From the IMG/VR virus record IMGVR_UViG_3300026198_000079: a DNA stretch of 64,000 nt, one strand, 5' to 3'. The notes beneath the pieces were generated by a model. It searched no databases. It was given only the letters and a program-made list of their open reading frames with translations, and had not been told where the DNA came from. The stretch comes from an uncultured virus (IMG/VR IMGVR_UViG_3300026198_000079) (taxonomy: Duplodnaviria; Heunggongvirae; Uroviricota; Caudoviricetes). The number at the start of each line of letters is the position of its first letter. Positions within the stretch are counted from its first letter, which is position 1. The position numbers were made by a program, and so were the translations under genes. Below are positions 36,775 through 47,247 of this stretch, in pieces.

Positions 36775-38139
36775 TCATAGCTGAAGGTCAGCTTTCACGG
36801 CTTCGATCAACGCAGATTGTGTGCTGTCCTTTTCGGACAAGGCTTTCATGATCCGTCCGTCAATCGTGTCCTCCGCGATGATGTGCTGCACCACCACGGT
36901 CCCGGCTGTCTGCCCCTGCCGCCACAGTCTTGCGTTCGTCTGCTGATACAGTTCAAGGCTCCAGGTAAGCCCGAACCACACAATGGTGCTGCCGCCGCTC
37001 TGCAGGTTCAGCCCGTGTCCAGCCGATGCCGGATGTATGAGTGCTACGGGAAGCTCCCCAGCGTTCCACCTCCGGATACTGGCGTCCGTGTCCAGCTTGG
37101 CAAAGGGACCCTTGATTTCCGCAAGTCTCGCCGTGATACGCTCAAGGTCGTGCTTATACCAGTACGCCACAAGCAGCGGTTTGCCGTTCGCCGACTCAAT
37201 GATGTCCTCCAGGGCGTCCAGCTTGCGGTCGTGGATCTTCACCACCGACTCATCATCGGAATAGACCGCTCCGTTCGCCATCTGGGAGAGTTTCCCCGAA
37301 AGGGCAGCGGCATTGGCGGCTGTCACTTCACCCTCCGGCAGCTGAAGGATCAGTTCCGCTTTCATATCCTCATACCGTTTCCGTTCATCCTCCGACAGGT
37401 ACACCGTATGCTTTGAACTGACCAGCTCCGGCATTTTCAGATGGTCGGTTGATTTCATGGAAATCGTGATGTCGGATATTTTGCCGTATATCTGCTTTTC
37501 GGCATCCGGCAGAGGCTTGTAGCTGTAAACGATGGGACCGTTGACCTTGTCCGGCTTGAAATATGCCGTTCTGTACTGCCCGATGAACCGTCCAAGCCGC
37601 TGTCCCATGTCAAGCAATCTGAACTCCGCCCACAGATCCATCAGGCCGTTGCTGCTCGGCGTTCCCGTAAGCCCCACGATTCGTTTTACCCTCGGTCTGA
37701 CCTTCATAAGGCTCCTGAACCGCTTTGCCTGGTGGTTCTTAAATGACGAAAGCTCATCGATCACCACCATGTCGAAATCAAAGGGAATGCCGCTTTTCTC
37801 AATCAGCCACTGCACGTTCTCACGGTTGATGATGTAGATGTCCGCCTGTCTCTGCAGGGCTTCCAGCCGCTCTTTTTCTGTTCCGACTGCCACGGAATAC
37901 TGAAGTCCGCTCAGATGCTCCCATTTCTCGATCTCTGCAGACCATGTAAACCTGGCGACTCTTAAAGGTGCCACGACAAGTACTTTATGCACCTCAAAGC
38001 TGTCAAACAGAAGGTCGTTAAGAGCCGTCAGCGTGATGCTCGTCTTGCCAAGTCCCATGTCCAACAGGACTGCAGCAATGGGATGGCTTTCGATATATCC
38101 CGTGGCATATTTCTGATAATCATGTGGCTCGTATATCAT
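36775..38139 (-). CDS. SNF2-family DEAD/DEAH helicase
   Basis: DMGLGKT, DELS, LTGTP, GHGLNLQ, RLWRQGQ. Confidence 0.93.
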   Translation of the reverse strand: MIYEPHDYQKYATGYIESHPIAAVLLDMGLGKTSITLTALNDLLFDSFEVHKVLVVAPLRVARFTWSAEIEKWEHLSGLQYSVAVGTEKERLEALQRQADIYIINRENVQWLIEKSGIPFDFDMVVIDELSSFKNHQAKRFRSLMKVRPRVKRIVGLTGTPSSNGLMDLWAEFRLLDMGQRLGRFIGQYRTAYFKPDKVNGPIVYSYKPLPDAEKQIYGKISDITISMKSTDHLKMPELVSSKHTVYLSEDERKRYEDMKAELILQLPEGEVTAANAAALSGKLSQMANGAVYSDDESVVKIHDRKLDALEDIIESANGKPLLVAYWYKHDLERITARLAEIKGPFAKLDTDASIRRWNAGELPVALIHPASAGHGLNLQSGGSTIVWFGLTWSLELYQQTNARLWRQGQTAGTVVVQHIIAEDTIDGRIMKALSEKDSTQSALIEAVKADLQL

Positions 38140-38401
38140 CGATGATTCCTCCTATCTGCTCCGCATCGTCCAAGACATACACCTTGAAGCCCAGACGCCG
38201 CAGGAGCCTGTGTCTTGAAAGCTGCAGCGGTCTTGGTTTCTCGCCCGGTGCTTTCACCTCGACAAACCCGATGCGCCCTCCCGGCATCAGCACCATGCGG
38301 TCGGGCATCCCGTCAAATCCGGGAGAGGTAAGTTTCGGTGCGATGCCGCCTGTAGCTTTTACGGCTTTTACAAGTTTCTGTTCAATCTGTCTCTCCCGCA
38401 T
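38120..38401 (-). CDS. VRR-NUC nuclease
   Basis: GMPDR, FVEVKAPG, RPLQ. Confidence 0.9.
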   Translation of the reverse strand: MRERQIEQKLVKAVKATGGIAPKLTSPGFDGMPDRMVLMPGGRIGFVEVKAPGEKPRPLQLSRHRLLRRLGFKVYVLDDAEQIGGIIDDIRAT

Positions 38402-38900
38402 AATCCCTCCATAACTCCTCGAATGCCTCCACCGCTCCGCTGCAAGCGCCGATGCGCCCAAGGTACCGTGCTATGATGTCGTGTTCCGCCAGGATCGGGA
38501 ACTCGAAGTCGTGAAGCATATCCCTGACGAAGTCTCCGCAGGGCGTGGCGTCCATCTCGTATTTCCTCACCCAATGGAAGAACGGGCTGGGATTGTCATT
38601 GATCTCCCGTGTCAGTTCAATGCGGTACTTCCAGTTCAGGTCCTTCGGATTCACGGGCTGGTATCCGGCAAGCAGCATAGCGTCCTTGAACTCATTGTTC
38701 GTAAGGTAAATGCCGGTGTCGTGTTCCAGCATGTGCTTCATCCCGTAACTCGTGTGTCCGTGGAGTATCTTCTTGCCTGTACGGACATTCTTTCTGATCC
38801 ATCCGTCAACAGCCGCTATCTCCTCATCACTGTGTTCCGTGATAAGCGCCTCATCGACAAATCCGTTCTCATTCGTATAAGGTCTTCCGTTTTTGATCAT
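38382..38900 (-). CDS. Hypothetical protein with YozE-like C-terminal domain
   Basis: TSYGMKH; GDFVRDMLHDFEFP. Confidence 0.65.
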   Translation of the reverse strand: MIKNGRPYTNENGFVDEALITEHSDEEIAAVDGWIRKNVRTGKKILHGHTSYGMKHMLEHDTGIYLTNNEFKDAMLLAGYQPVNPKDLNWKYRIELTREINDNPSPFFHWVRKYEMDATPCGDFVRDMLHDFEFPILAEHDIIARYLGRIGACSGAVEAFEELWRDYAGETD

Positions 38901-38919
38901 TTCTGATTTCTCCTTTCAG

Positions 38920-39200
38920 AAGTTGTCCCGTCCAGCACTTGTCCGCAGAGCCTGTCCACAGTAAAAACCCTTGCTGTGACTGCGTTTTCGCTGCTTTTGC
39001 GGACAAGTGGACGAAAAAATCCTTTACGCGCGAAACGTGCGCATTCGCCTGTGTGCAGGACGGGATTTGTAATATGAAATTAAATGTTTTTGTCTTTTAT
39101 AGATTTTTCTGTCCAGTTGTCCACGGACTTGCAGAAAACCCTTGTGGTGACTGCATTTTCTGACCGTGGACAACGCCCGGACAGGTAATGGACGGATTAG
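38920..39200. other. Candidate phage replication origin
   Basis: Non-coding stretch after virE; two 26-bp direct repeats, many TGTCC/GGACA motifs, AT-rich core. Confidence 0.55.
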
Positions 39201-41539
39201 GTTGTCCTCGTATATACACGCTGTCGCCCATAGATGGGGAGCATCTGCCGCGCTCCGCACTTCTCCCAGCCCTCAATCCGCACCATGATGGCGGATATGG
39301 CATAAGAGTCGGAGGGACGCATCTCCTCTTTGCTTTTGCCGAAGCATTCGCACCAGATCTCAATGTTGCTCACGGTCTGACGCTTCACAGTGCCCTCCGT
39401 CCTTGTCGGATCGTCGATGTCGCGGATATACTCCCTGCGCCTGTAATAGTCCATGCTGTCCCAATTGTCGGGAAGAAGCATATCCAGGTAGTTCCGCACG
39501 ATGCCCTCACGGTCATCCTGCTCCATCGCCTCGCGCTGCTCCTGCTTGGCAAAAGCCTCAAGGTCAGCGTCGAGATACAGCCTTTCTCCCGCTTTGGCAA
39601 TCTCGGCGACCTCCGCCCATATTTGCTGAACCACCTCGTTGGTCATGTCCCAGGGCTTGTATTTTCCCTGACCCGTGACCTTGACGTTCCAGAATCTGCG
39701 GTTGCCGGTGATGTCGCGGAGATACCCGTTCTCGCTGTTGGTCGTGCCAAAGAACACGCACTGCCTCGGATGCGGAGTCACCCTCCGTCCGAAACTGGCG
39801 CGGTACTTGTCATCCTGACGGGATATGAAAGCTTTGACCTTGTCGATATCCGCTTTCTTCATGCCAGCAAGTTCACCGATCTCCAGAATCCAATACCCCT
39901 GCAGTTTCTCAGCTGCCGTCTTGTCGTTCATGTCCGAAAGCGCAAGGCTGTCCGAGAACCATTCCCCGCCGAGGCAGGCGATCAGGGTGCTTTTGCCGAT
40001 GCCCTGTGCGCCGTTCAGAACGATCATGGTGTCGAACTTGATGCCGGGATTATGCACCCTCATGTATGCCGCGCACAGCGACTTCCTCGTGACCGCCCTG
40101 ACATAGCGGTTGTCTTCCGCGCCGAGGTAGTCGATCAGTACGGTCTCCGCCCGCTTGACCTTGTCCCAGGGTGGAAGTGACTCGAACATTTCCCGGATAG
40201 GATGATAAGAACGGTCGTCCGTCACCTTGGTGACAGCGATACGGTAGTTGCGTTCCGAGAAAGAGCCATAATGGGAATCCACAAAGCTGATAAGCTGGGC
40301 GTCATCCGCATCGCGCCAGAACCTTGCCGGATGCTTCCATGGCACCTCGCCCTTGATCTCCATACCGTCAGCCAGCTGATTAAATACGATGCCCTTGAGG
40401 TTGGGATCGTTCTCCATGATCAGGGTAATGTTGTGCAGGGAATTTTTCAGCATGGTGGAACGAGGCTCATACTCCAGCTTTTTCTTCCAGGAATCGTCCT
40501 CGTCCGTGATGTCGAAGTCCGTCTCCGCCTCCTGCTGCTTTTTCTCAAGGATCAGCATCTTGACCTTTTCATCCTTGCTGGCAAAGTCCGCCATCGCACG
40601 GAACGACTTCTTCTCGTCCTCATCACCGAACAGGTGGATTCGGACGATATCGAATGCGCTGCACAGCTTCAGATATGCCGGGTCCTTGGCGTGGTGGCTG
40701 TACACGAACTTGCCGCTCTCCTTGACCTCGACACCCGGCTGGCTGCTCGACTCCTTAAAGCGGTAACGGGTACCGTCCGCCGAAAGCTCGTAGACGTCAC
40801 CGAGGAATTCATCAATAGCAAGGTTCACAGGGAAGTAGGCGTTATTGAACATACCGACGATGCCGTCCTTTTCCAAAGGGTCCGCCTGTTTCTTGTCGCT
40901 GATGCCCTTTGCCTCGCTCTCCCTGGAGGATGTGGGCAGTCTCGCCGGGTCCGTCCATTCGGGATGCGCCGAGAGGATGTCATCGGGATTCAGCCAGTCT
41001 CCGTCCGTCACGAGATACAGGTATTCTCCGTTCGACGGCGTACTCGGCCAGTACATCATCTGGTTCGGAAGATAGGAGCATTCGTCAAACATGTCGATGC
41101 CCAGTTCCTCCGCCACATATCTTGAGATGGCGACATATTCCTCCGCAGTCACATCCCTGGTGAGGGGGATCAGTATCCTCACCCTCGGAGCTTCCGGCAC
41201 ATGACCGTGCGTGGAGTACAGGCAGGAGCGGTATTTCATTCCGGCTTCGTAACCGTCCACAAACTCCGCCGTGACCCTGTCGCCGTCCAGGTTGACCATA
41301 GAGCGGCTCGCCACGTTCTGCAAAAGGCGCCTGCCGCCCGTAAGGGCTCCGCAGACAAAGCCGCCGTGGTCTTTTGCCGTCTCGCGCTCTTTTGATTTCA
41401 TCTTTGCATATTCCTCCACCGACTCCGGCGTCCGGATGGTGGTCTTCAGCCTCTCGCACAGGTCATCGAAGGTCGTGGTCTTATTCGACCACTTCTTCGC
41501 ATGGCTGCTGTGACCGTAGGCAATCGGTAAATCACGCAT
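39197..41539 (-). CDS. Virulence-associated protein E (VirE/VapE) primase-helicase
   Basis: NLDGD/YSTHGH primase-like N-terminus; GAQGIGKS, EIGEL, FFGTTN, RRFW. Confidence 0.9.
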   Translation of the reverse strand: MRDLPIAYGHSSHAKKWSNKTTTFDDLCERLKTTIRTPESVEEYAKMKSKERETAKDHGGFVCGALTGGRRLLQNVASRSMVNLDGDRVTAEFVDGYEAGMKYRSCLYSTHGHVPEAPRVRILIPLTRDVTAEEYVAISRYVAEELGIDMFDECSYLPNQMMYWPSTPSNGEYLYLVTDGDWLNPDDILSAHPEWTDPARLPTSSRESEAKGISDKKQADPLEKDGIVGMFNNAYFPVNLAIDEFLGDVYELSADGTRYRFKESSSQPGVEVKESGKFVYSHHAKDPAYLKLCSAFDIVRIHLFGDEDEKKSFRAMADFASKDEKVKMLILEKKQQEAETDFDITDEDDSWKKKLEYEPRSTMLKNSLHNITLIMENDPNLKGIVFNQLADGMEIKGEVPWKHPARFWRDADDAQLISFVDSHYGSFSERNYRIAVTKVTDDRSYHPIREMFESLPPWDKVKRAETVLIDYLGAEDNRYVRAVTRKSLCAAYMRVHNPGIKFDTMIVLNGAQGIGKSTLIACLGGEWFSDSLALSDMNDKTAAEKLQGYWILEIGELAGMKKADIDKVKAFISRQDDKYRASFGRRVTPHPRQCVFFGTTNSENGYLRDITGNRRFWNVKVTGQGKYKPWDMTNEVVQQIWAEVAEIAKAGERLYLDADLEAFAKQEQREAMEQDDREGIVRNYLDMLLPDNWDSMDYYRRREYIRDIDDPTRTEGTVKRQTVSNIEIWCECFGKSKEEMRPSDSYAISAIMVRIEGWEKCGARQMLPIYGRQRVYTRTT

Positions 41540-42419
41540 GCTGTACCTCCTCCATTTTGTATTCCTTTGAACTGTAGGCGGCGGGATCGTGGCGCTGCTT
41601 TCCCTTACGGTAAGGCGATATCCACACCCGCTTGCCTGATTTGTAATTTCTCCAATGGCCGATAACGCCCCAGCAGGGACAGCTCATCTCCCTGTGAGCC
41701 TTTGTGTAATCGTCAAATTCATCCTGCGATATCCGCAGTACCTTTACCGCCTTGACGATGCGTCTGCGTCCTTTGCCTTTACGCTTTTTCTTTGTGGGCT
41801 GCGGATCAACGCTCATTTGTTTTCTGGTTTCCACAAAGACCTCCGGGCGGTCATAAAGAGCCTTTTGGATCAGCAGATATTCCAGCTTTGTATAGCGAAA
41901 ATACTCAATGAGATAATCGTCACCCAGAAGGTCATAATCCTTTACCCACACAGGCCGCTGAAAAGTGCCTGTGGTGATTTGACCGCCATCATATTCCGCC
42001 TTGAACACGCCCATCGTCACGACTGCGTCTGCCACTATGCCACTGTCAAAGAAAAAATACGCATCAAGAATGGGCGTCATCGTCATGATCGCACCGTCTC
42101 CGTGCTGTACCCAGGTATCGGTTATGACCGTTTTCCGAAAAAGGATATTGTTGTACCCCTCAATGCCCTGTTCATTTTTTCCTGTCATATGAAGGACAAA
42201 TACCTCCAGAGCGGGAGAAAGCATCAGATCGGAACCGCCGTATTTCATGGTTTCAATTTGCGGGAGCATATCGCTGCATTCCTGCTCCGTCAGATTCACC
42301 GTATCAAACAGTGCGAGGTTAACGGGACGGCTCCACTTCCTGCACCACTCGTCCACATGGGAGTTATCCTCGCTGAGTCCCGGAGGATCTTTCGTTATGA
42401 GAAATCTATCCAATTCCAT
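41532..42419 (-). CDS. Hypothetical protein
   Basis: 295 aa, basic C-terminus with VIGHWRNYKSGKRVWISPYRKG. Confidence 0.7.
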   Translation of the reverse strand: MELDRFLITKDPPGLSEDNSHVDEWCRKWSRPVNLALFDTVNLTEQECSDMLPQIETMKYGGSDLMLSPALEVFVLHMTGKNEQGIEGYNNILFRKTVITDTWVQHGDGAIMTMTPILDAYFFFDSGIVADAVVTMGVFKAEYDGGQITTGTFQRPVWVKDYDLLGDDYLIEYFRYTKLEYLLIQKALYDRPEVFVETRKQMSVDPQPTKKKRKGKGRRRIVKAVKVLRISQDEFDDYTKAHREMSCPCWGVIGHWRNYKSGKRVWISPYRKGKQRHDPAAYSSKEYKMEEVQHA

Positions 42420-42846
42420 TGATCTGCTCCTCCTCCAGTACTTCCGAAAAACGGCGGATCTTCTTTTTCATCCGTTCCGCCTTATCAATCTCCTCACGCA
42501 TCCCGGCAGTTATCCTGTTGCCGAACACCCACACCTCATCGCATTTACCAAGCAGGACGCCTCCCATAAAAAGCGCAAGGCTGCGTTCCGTATCCTCGGA
42601 CATGAACTGAGGGAAGAGCAGGTGGGGAGCAATCGGGATCGCCCTCTTGACCACGGCAAAGCGGCTGTAGTTCCTCGCCCTGCAGGTGTTCTTTTCCACA
42701 TCCCCGGCATAAGGGGAGCAGATATACACGAGCGGACGGTAGTTCGCCGCTTTCCTTGCGGCGCGTTCCTCCTGCTCGATCTTCATAAGTGCCTCGTAAG
42801 TGGTGGGATCGTAATATCCCTCGCTGTTGTACTTCATTTCATCCAT
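42406..42846 (-). CDS. DUF4406/nucleoside deoxyribosyltransferase-like protein
   Basis: VYICSPYAGD, PIAPHL, CDEVWVFG, GMREEI. Confidence 0.75.
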   Translation of the reverse strand: MDEMKYNSEGYYDPTTYEALMKIEQEERAARKAANYRPLVYICSPYAGDVEKNTCRARNYSRFAVVKRAIPIAPHLLFPQFMSEDTERSLALFMGGVLLGKCDEVWVFGNRITAGMREEIDKAERMKKKIRRFSEVLEEEQINGIG

Positions 42847-43178
42847 TCGTCGTCTACCTCCAATTTGCAATAAAGCCTGTAGTTACTGTCCGCCCGTTTA
42901 TAGAGCGACTTCCGTTCCGTCACGCTGTATGTGACGAACCTGCTGCCGTACTCCCAATCTGGCGGAACGCCGGAAAAGCCGTCTCCCGTTTCCATCTGCG
43001 CCTGCAAAAAAGCCCGGAGAAGATACAGGTAACGGCCGAGAGCCGCCCTGTCCTTTCCGGTGCAGTAACGCTTTATCATCGGGAAGAGCTTCCTTGCATG
43101 TTTCTGGAGGCACGGGAAATACACAGGGACATTGATCGTCATGTGTCCGTTCTCGTAGCGAATCTCCAATACATCCAT
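42834..43178 (-). CDS. Hypothetical protein
   Basis: ORF with GGAGGA RBS directly below motif B copy 2. Confidence 0.65.
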   Translation of the reverse strand: MDVLEIRYENGHMTINVPVYFPCLQKHARKLFPMIKRYCTGKDRAALGRYLYLLRAFLQAQMETGDGFSGVPPDWEYGSRFVTYSVTERKSLYKRADSNYRLYCKLEVDDEWMK

Positions 43179-43223
43179 CTGATAGTCCTCCTTCCGTGAA
43201 TCGTAAGGAGCCATTGCCCCTTC

Positions 43224-43259
43224 AAGTCACAGTCAAAGAAAAAAGGCGGGATTTTAACC
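43224..43259 (-). promoter_or_regulatory. Motif B copy 2
   Basis: GGTTAAAATCC-N14-GACTGTGACTT. Confidence 0.7.
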
Positions 43260-43275
43260 CCGCCCGAAAAAACTA

Positions 43276-45264
43276 TCAGTCTTTTTTATAAAAATCGGTC
43301 TCGTACCCATCCGCGCGGAGCAGCAAGCCCTCTGCCCAGGGCGGCGTCCTTCCCATCTGTTCACATACGGCGTCAAGCGACATCCGCTTATCCGCCTCTA
43401 TGATCAGTTCGTCATGCACATGGGCAACGATGCTGCAGCACCGCAGCGTTTTCATGGCATACATGAGGATATCCCTTGAGATCGCCTGCACGATGTTCTC
43501 CACGAACTTGGGACCATAGCTTTCCAGCCGCTCCCACTTCTTTGTCCCGCCGACTCCCATGTATGTCACGCAGTCACCGCCGAACTGGTTCTCACCGATC
43601 CTCGGCTTTACATAGGCAAGCTGTCTGCCGGAAGGAAGCGTGATAAACAGCATCCCGCTCTTCCAGGAGAATCGGATGTTCTTTACCCTTGTGGGAACAC
43701 GCTCCCGAACCGTCTTCATGACCGCACGGTCGACATCCCACCAGAACTCCACGATTTTCGGATTGGCAGACCGCCATGCGTCCACCAGCGGTTTCAGTTC
43801 GTCCTCCTGCATACCAGCCTCAAGAGCGCCCATCGCTTTGAGCGCACCGACAGATCCGCCGTAGCCACAGGACAATTCGCACTGCTTGCCCTTCTGGCGC
43901 AGCTCACCGTTCTCGCCGTGCTTGACCACCCTGCAATGGAACATCCTCTCCGCCGTAGCACAGTAGATGTCCCCGCCCTCGGCAAAGGTCTGCATCCGCC
44001 ACTGTTCCCCGGCAAGCCAGGACAACACACGAGCCTCAATAGCGGAGAAGTCCGATACGATGAATTTGTATCCCGGTTTCGGCACGAATGCCGTGCGGAT
44101 CAGTTCCGATAAAACCTCCGGCACATTCTCATACAGAAGTTCCAGCGCCTCATAATCGCCGCATTTCACAAGGGAGCGGGCTTCCGCTAAATCGGGGATA
44201 TGGTTCTGAGGCAGATTCTGCAATTGCACGATACGCCCGGCGAACCTGCCCGTCCTGTTGGCTCCGTAGAAAGCGAACATTCCACGGCACCTGTTATCAG
44301 CACAGACAGAATTTTGCATTGCCTGATATTTCTTTACAGAGGACTTGGCAAGCTGCTGCCGGAGCGTCAGTACCTCCGCCAGTTTCGGCGGAGCGGTCTT
44401 CAGCATGGCAGCGACCTCTTTCTTTCCGAGGGAATCCACCTCCATGCCGTTATCCGAAAGCCACTGCTTCATCTGCACCACGGAATTTGGATTCTCAAGG
44501 TCGGTCAGTTCCTGCATGGCTTCTGCCAGTTCTCCCTTGGAGCGTTCATCAAAGTCAATAGCGTTCGTGACCACGTCCATATCGAGCATGATGCCCCGGT
44601 CGTTGATTTCCTGGTCAATGTGGAACTCATCCCACACGAAGTCCGGCACGGGATAATTGGCGAGTCGTTTCTGTATCGCCATCTCTGTCTCCACATCGCG
44701 CTTATTGTATTTCTTGAACATTTCCCACTTGTCAGGATCGTGGACAGGCAGATTTCTCGTCCTGCCGCCGTTCGCCTTGGTCGGCTTACAGGGGACGCAG
44801 AAATAACGGATCAGTTCCTTGCCCTCCTTCAGCTTCTGTTCCTCAAGGCCGAGAACAGCGCCAACCGACTCAAGCGAACGGGGAAGCCCCATGTATGCCG
44901 ACCAGATCATGGAGCAGCGCCAGCTTTCGGGATTTAAGAACCTCGCCATCTCCGTGGTCAGTTCATGGCGGTCATGAAACGGATCAAGGCTTATGCCACG
45001 ATCAGACAGATAGCGTGAGAGACACACCCGCTCGAACTGACAGTTGTACGCCCACTTGATAACTGAATCGTCCGTAAGGGCATCAATGACCGTCTGCGGT
45101 ATCTTCTCGCCAGAGGTAAGGTCAACTACCTCAACTGGACCGCCGTCCGCAGAATAACCAAACAGCAATATTTCAAAATCGGGAGCCTCAGCATACTTGT
45201 AAACGCCGCACTTCTGCAGGTCATTGCTGCTGTAGGTCTCCAAATCGATACTCAATGTTTTCAT
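43276..45264 (-). CDS. Phage DNA polymerase, family A
   Basis: SIDLET exonuclease I motif, TGRF, QNLP, DFSAIEAR, RQKGK...YGG, HVHDE. Confidence 0.93.
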   Translation of the reverse strand: MKTLSIDLETYSSNDLQKCGVYKYAEAPDFEILLFGYSADGGPVEVVDLTSGEKIPQTVIDALTDDSVIKWAYNCQFERVCLSRYLSDRGISLDPFHDRHELTTEMARFLNPESWRCSMIWSAYMGLPRSLESVGAVLGLEEQKLKEGKELIRYFCVPCKPTKANGGRTRNLPVHDPDKWEMFKKYNKRDVETEMAIQKRLANYPVPDFVWDEFHIDQEINDRGIMLDMDVVTNAIDFDERSKGELAEAMQELTDLENPNSVVQMKQWLSDNGMEVDSLGKKEVAAMLKTAPPKLAEVLTLRQQLAKSSVKKYQAMQNSVCADNRCRGMFAFYGANRTGRFAGRIVQLQNLPQNHIPDLAEARSLVKCGDYEALELLYENVPEVLSELIRTAFVPKPGYKFIVSDFSAIEARVLSWLAGEQWRMQTFAEGGDIYCATAERMFHCRVVKHGENGELRQKGKQCELSCGYGGSVGALKAMGALEAGMQEDELKPLVDAWRSANPKIVEFWWDVDRAVMKTVRERVPTRVKNIRFSWKSGMLFITLPSGRQLAYVKPRIGENQFGGDCVTYMGVGGTKKWERLESYGPKFVENIVQAISRDILMYAMKTLRCCSIVAHVHDELIIEADKRMSLDAVCEQMGRTPPWAEGLLLRADGYETDFYKKD

Positions 45265-45319
45265 ATGCACCGTCCTTTTCAAAAGGGCGGCAAAGGTAAC
45301 CCCTGCCGCCCCATCCGCA

Positions 45320-45484
45320 TTACTTGTCGTTTTTCCTGTTTCGTCTGTTCCTGTAGTACCTGCGCATCTGTTCACGCTTCTCCCGGAACGCCTCGTGTAC
45401 GCTGACGAATACCAGCGCAGCGACCTCCGCAAGCAGCAGGATCACGAGAGCAGAACACAGGAAATTGAATACTTCATTAACCAT
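45320..45484 (-). CDS. Small membrane protein, 54 aa (not in the ORF track)
   Basis: GAGGT RBS; MVNEVFNFLCSALVILLLAEVAALVFV plus a basic tail. Confidence 0.6.
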   Translation of the reverse strand: MVNEVFNFLCSALVILLLAEVAALVFVSVHEAFREKREQMRRYYRNRRNRKNDK

Positions 45485-45542
45485 CTTCGTTTACCTCGCT
45501 ATGTGGCAGACGGCGGTTTCCCGCCGCCCGCCGAATCCGGGA

Positions 45543-46106
45543 TCAATCGAGGAAGTCCTCATCATCGTCCGCGAAATCATCCTCCGCACGGGTCTTGCCG
45601 CCGAGAGGCTCGCCGTCACGCATCTTCTGGAGATTGTTCAGACCGCAGGCGATACCCTTGTTGCCATTGGAGTTAAACGCATAGAAATTGATGCTGGCGC
45701 GGCCGTACACACCGGAATACACCTCGGAGTGGTCGAGGATCGGCTGTCTGTCCGCATCCACGATGCCGGGAGCCGTGCCGGAGTTGGCGTTCACGAAGAA
45801 GGCATTGGCATACGCCTCATCGTCGGGACGTTCCAGATCGCCGTCACGCAGGGGAGTCTTAAGAACCGAGAGCGCGGGGACGGTCTTGCCGTTGCCCTTG
45901 AGCTTGGATTCACCCTCCTCGTAGGCTGCCTGGATAGCCGCCTTGATCTTCTCGATGGTCTTGGTATCGGACTTCGGGATGATGAGGCTCACGCTGAACT
46001 TCGGCGCGCCGCCGTTGATGCTCTTCGCCTCCCAGACATTCGCATAGCTCCATCTGGTGTTGGGACCAGTGATAACCTTGGTGGGATTTACAAAATTCTT
46101 TGACAT
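45543..46106 (-). CDS. DUF2815 single-stranded DNA-binding protein
   Basis: PLRDGD, VYSGVYGR, GLNNLQK, acidic C-terminal tail. Confidence 0.88.
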   Translation of the reverse strand: MSKNFVNPTKVITGPNTRWSYANVWEAKSINGGAPKFSVSLIIPKSDTKTIEKIKAAIQAAYEEGESKLKGNGKTVPALSVLKTPLRDGDLERPDDEAYANAFFVNANSGTAPGIVDADRQPILDHSEVYSGVYGRASINFYAFNSNGNKGIACGLNNLQKMRDGEPLGGKTRAEDDFADDDEDFLD

Positions 46107-46119
46107 GGTATTGTCCTCC

Positions 46120-47247
46120 TTAATCTTCTTTGAAATCTTCTGCTGCCGTATTCATTACCGGACGCTTGTCCGTAATCGGCACTAATGTGGGTTTGCCCTG
46201 CGGCTTATAGGTAAGGGAGCCGAGCAGTTCCTCAAACTTCCCTTTGCCGAGGAGTTTCGTCATCGCCGTGATGCCCAGAACTTTATGTTCGTAGGGATCG
46301 TATCCGGCGTCCTGCACCGTCTGTGCGACGGCGTCATCGTTTGTGTACTTCCTGTTGGAGCGGCCTTCGACCACCTTCCAGTCCTGCCATTGCTTTCCCT
46401 GCAGAGCCGCCTGGAGAGCAAATTCCTTGACGTCGCCCGCCCAAGAAACCAGTTCATCCGCTCTTGCGAGGATCGCCTCGATCTCGGCGTCCTCCAGGTT
46501 AGCCGGAGGCTCGAAGTCGTAGCGGGCAAGCTCCAGGTTATGTTCCGCTCGTTTCCTGCAGGTGGCTTTCACCTTGCAGAACTGGCAGTGTTCCCCGGCG
46601 CAGTATTCGCCCTCGCCCTTTGCGGCAAGCTGCGCGGTCGGTGCAAGCACCTCTTTTGCCCAGGTGAGCAGTTCCTCCTTGGGGATGGTGTATGTGCTGA
46701 CATTCTCGCGCCTCGGTTGGAAGATGGTCATGGATACCGTGTCGATATCGTAGATCCCGTCAAACAGCGCCAGCGCACCGAGCGCGTAACACATCATCTG
46801 CGGATTCTTCTCTGCCTCGACCACGATCCCTACGCCGTACTTGAAATCGATCACCGAGAGCGTCCCATCCCCGACAATGACGCAGTCCCCGGTGCCGAAG
46901 CCCTCCGGCACATACTCGGAGAAATCAAGCCGCTGTTCCACCAACACGATGGGATCGGCGCATTTCTGCTTTGCCGCCTCAACCTGCTCCTGTACAAACT
47001 CTGCATAGGCATCGGCGCAGCCCACCATCTCCTCATCGAAATAGGTAAGGTTCTCGGTCGGGTCTTCTGCTTTCTGTCCCAGGGATTTCAGAAGCTTATA
47101 CTCGCAAAGGCTGTGCGCGTCCGTCCCTTGCTGGGCATACTCGCTTGCGGTATCCTTCACGCTGGCACAGGCCAGAGCAGAAGGCGGGCAGGCAAGCCAC
47201 CTGTGTGCCGAGGATGCGGAAAGCACCGCGTGTTTCTTCTCACTCAT
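46120..47247 (-). CDS. DUF2800 PD-(D/E)XK nuclease-like protein
   Basis: HAVLSASSAHRW, FGTGD, IDFKYG, QMMCYALG, HCQFC. Confidence 0.88.
   Translation of the reverse strand: MSEKKHAVLSASSAHRWLACPPSALACASVKDTASEYAQQGTDAHSLCEYKLLKSLGQKAEDPTENLTYFDEEMVGCADAYAEFVQEQVEAAKQKCADPIVLVEQRLDFSEYVPEGFGTGDCVIVGDGTLSVIDFKYGVGIVVEAEKNPQMMCYALGALALFDGIYDIDTVSMTIFQPRRENVSTYTIPKEELLTWAKEVLAPTAQLAAKGEGEYCAGEHCQFCKVKATCRKRAEHNLELARYDFEPPANLEDAEIEAILARADELVSWAGDVKEFALQAALQGKQWQDWKVVEGRSNRKYTNDDAVAQTVQDAGYDPYEHKVLGITAMTKLLGKGKFEELLGSLTYKPQGKPTLVPITDKRPVMNTAAEDFKED

Noticed and set aside
36715..36780. Short GATTGTC/CATAG repeats and the upstream extension of ORF 36235..36756
   Set aside because: Too short and degenerate to assign; the better RBS supports a start at 36696
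46120..47247. Cas4-like nuclease as part of a CRISPR system
   Set aside because: It is the DUF2800 protein in the usual DUF2800-DUF2815-PolA phage module; no cas genes nearby
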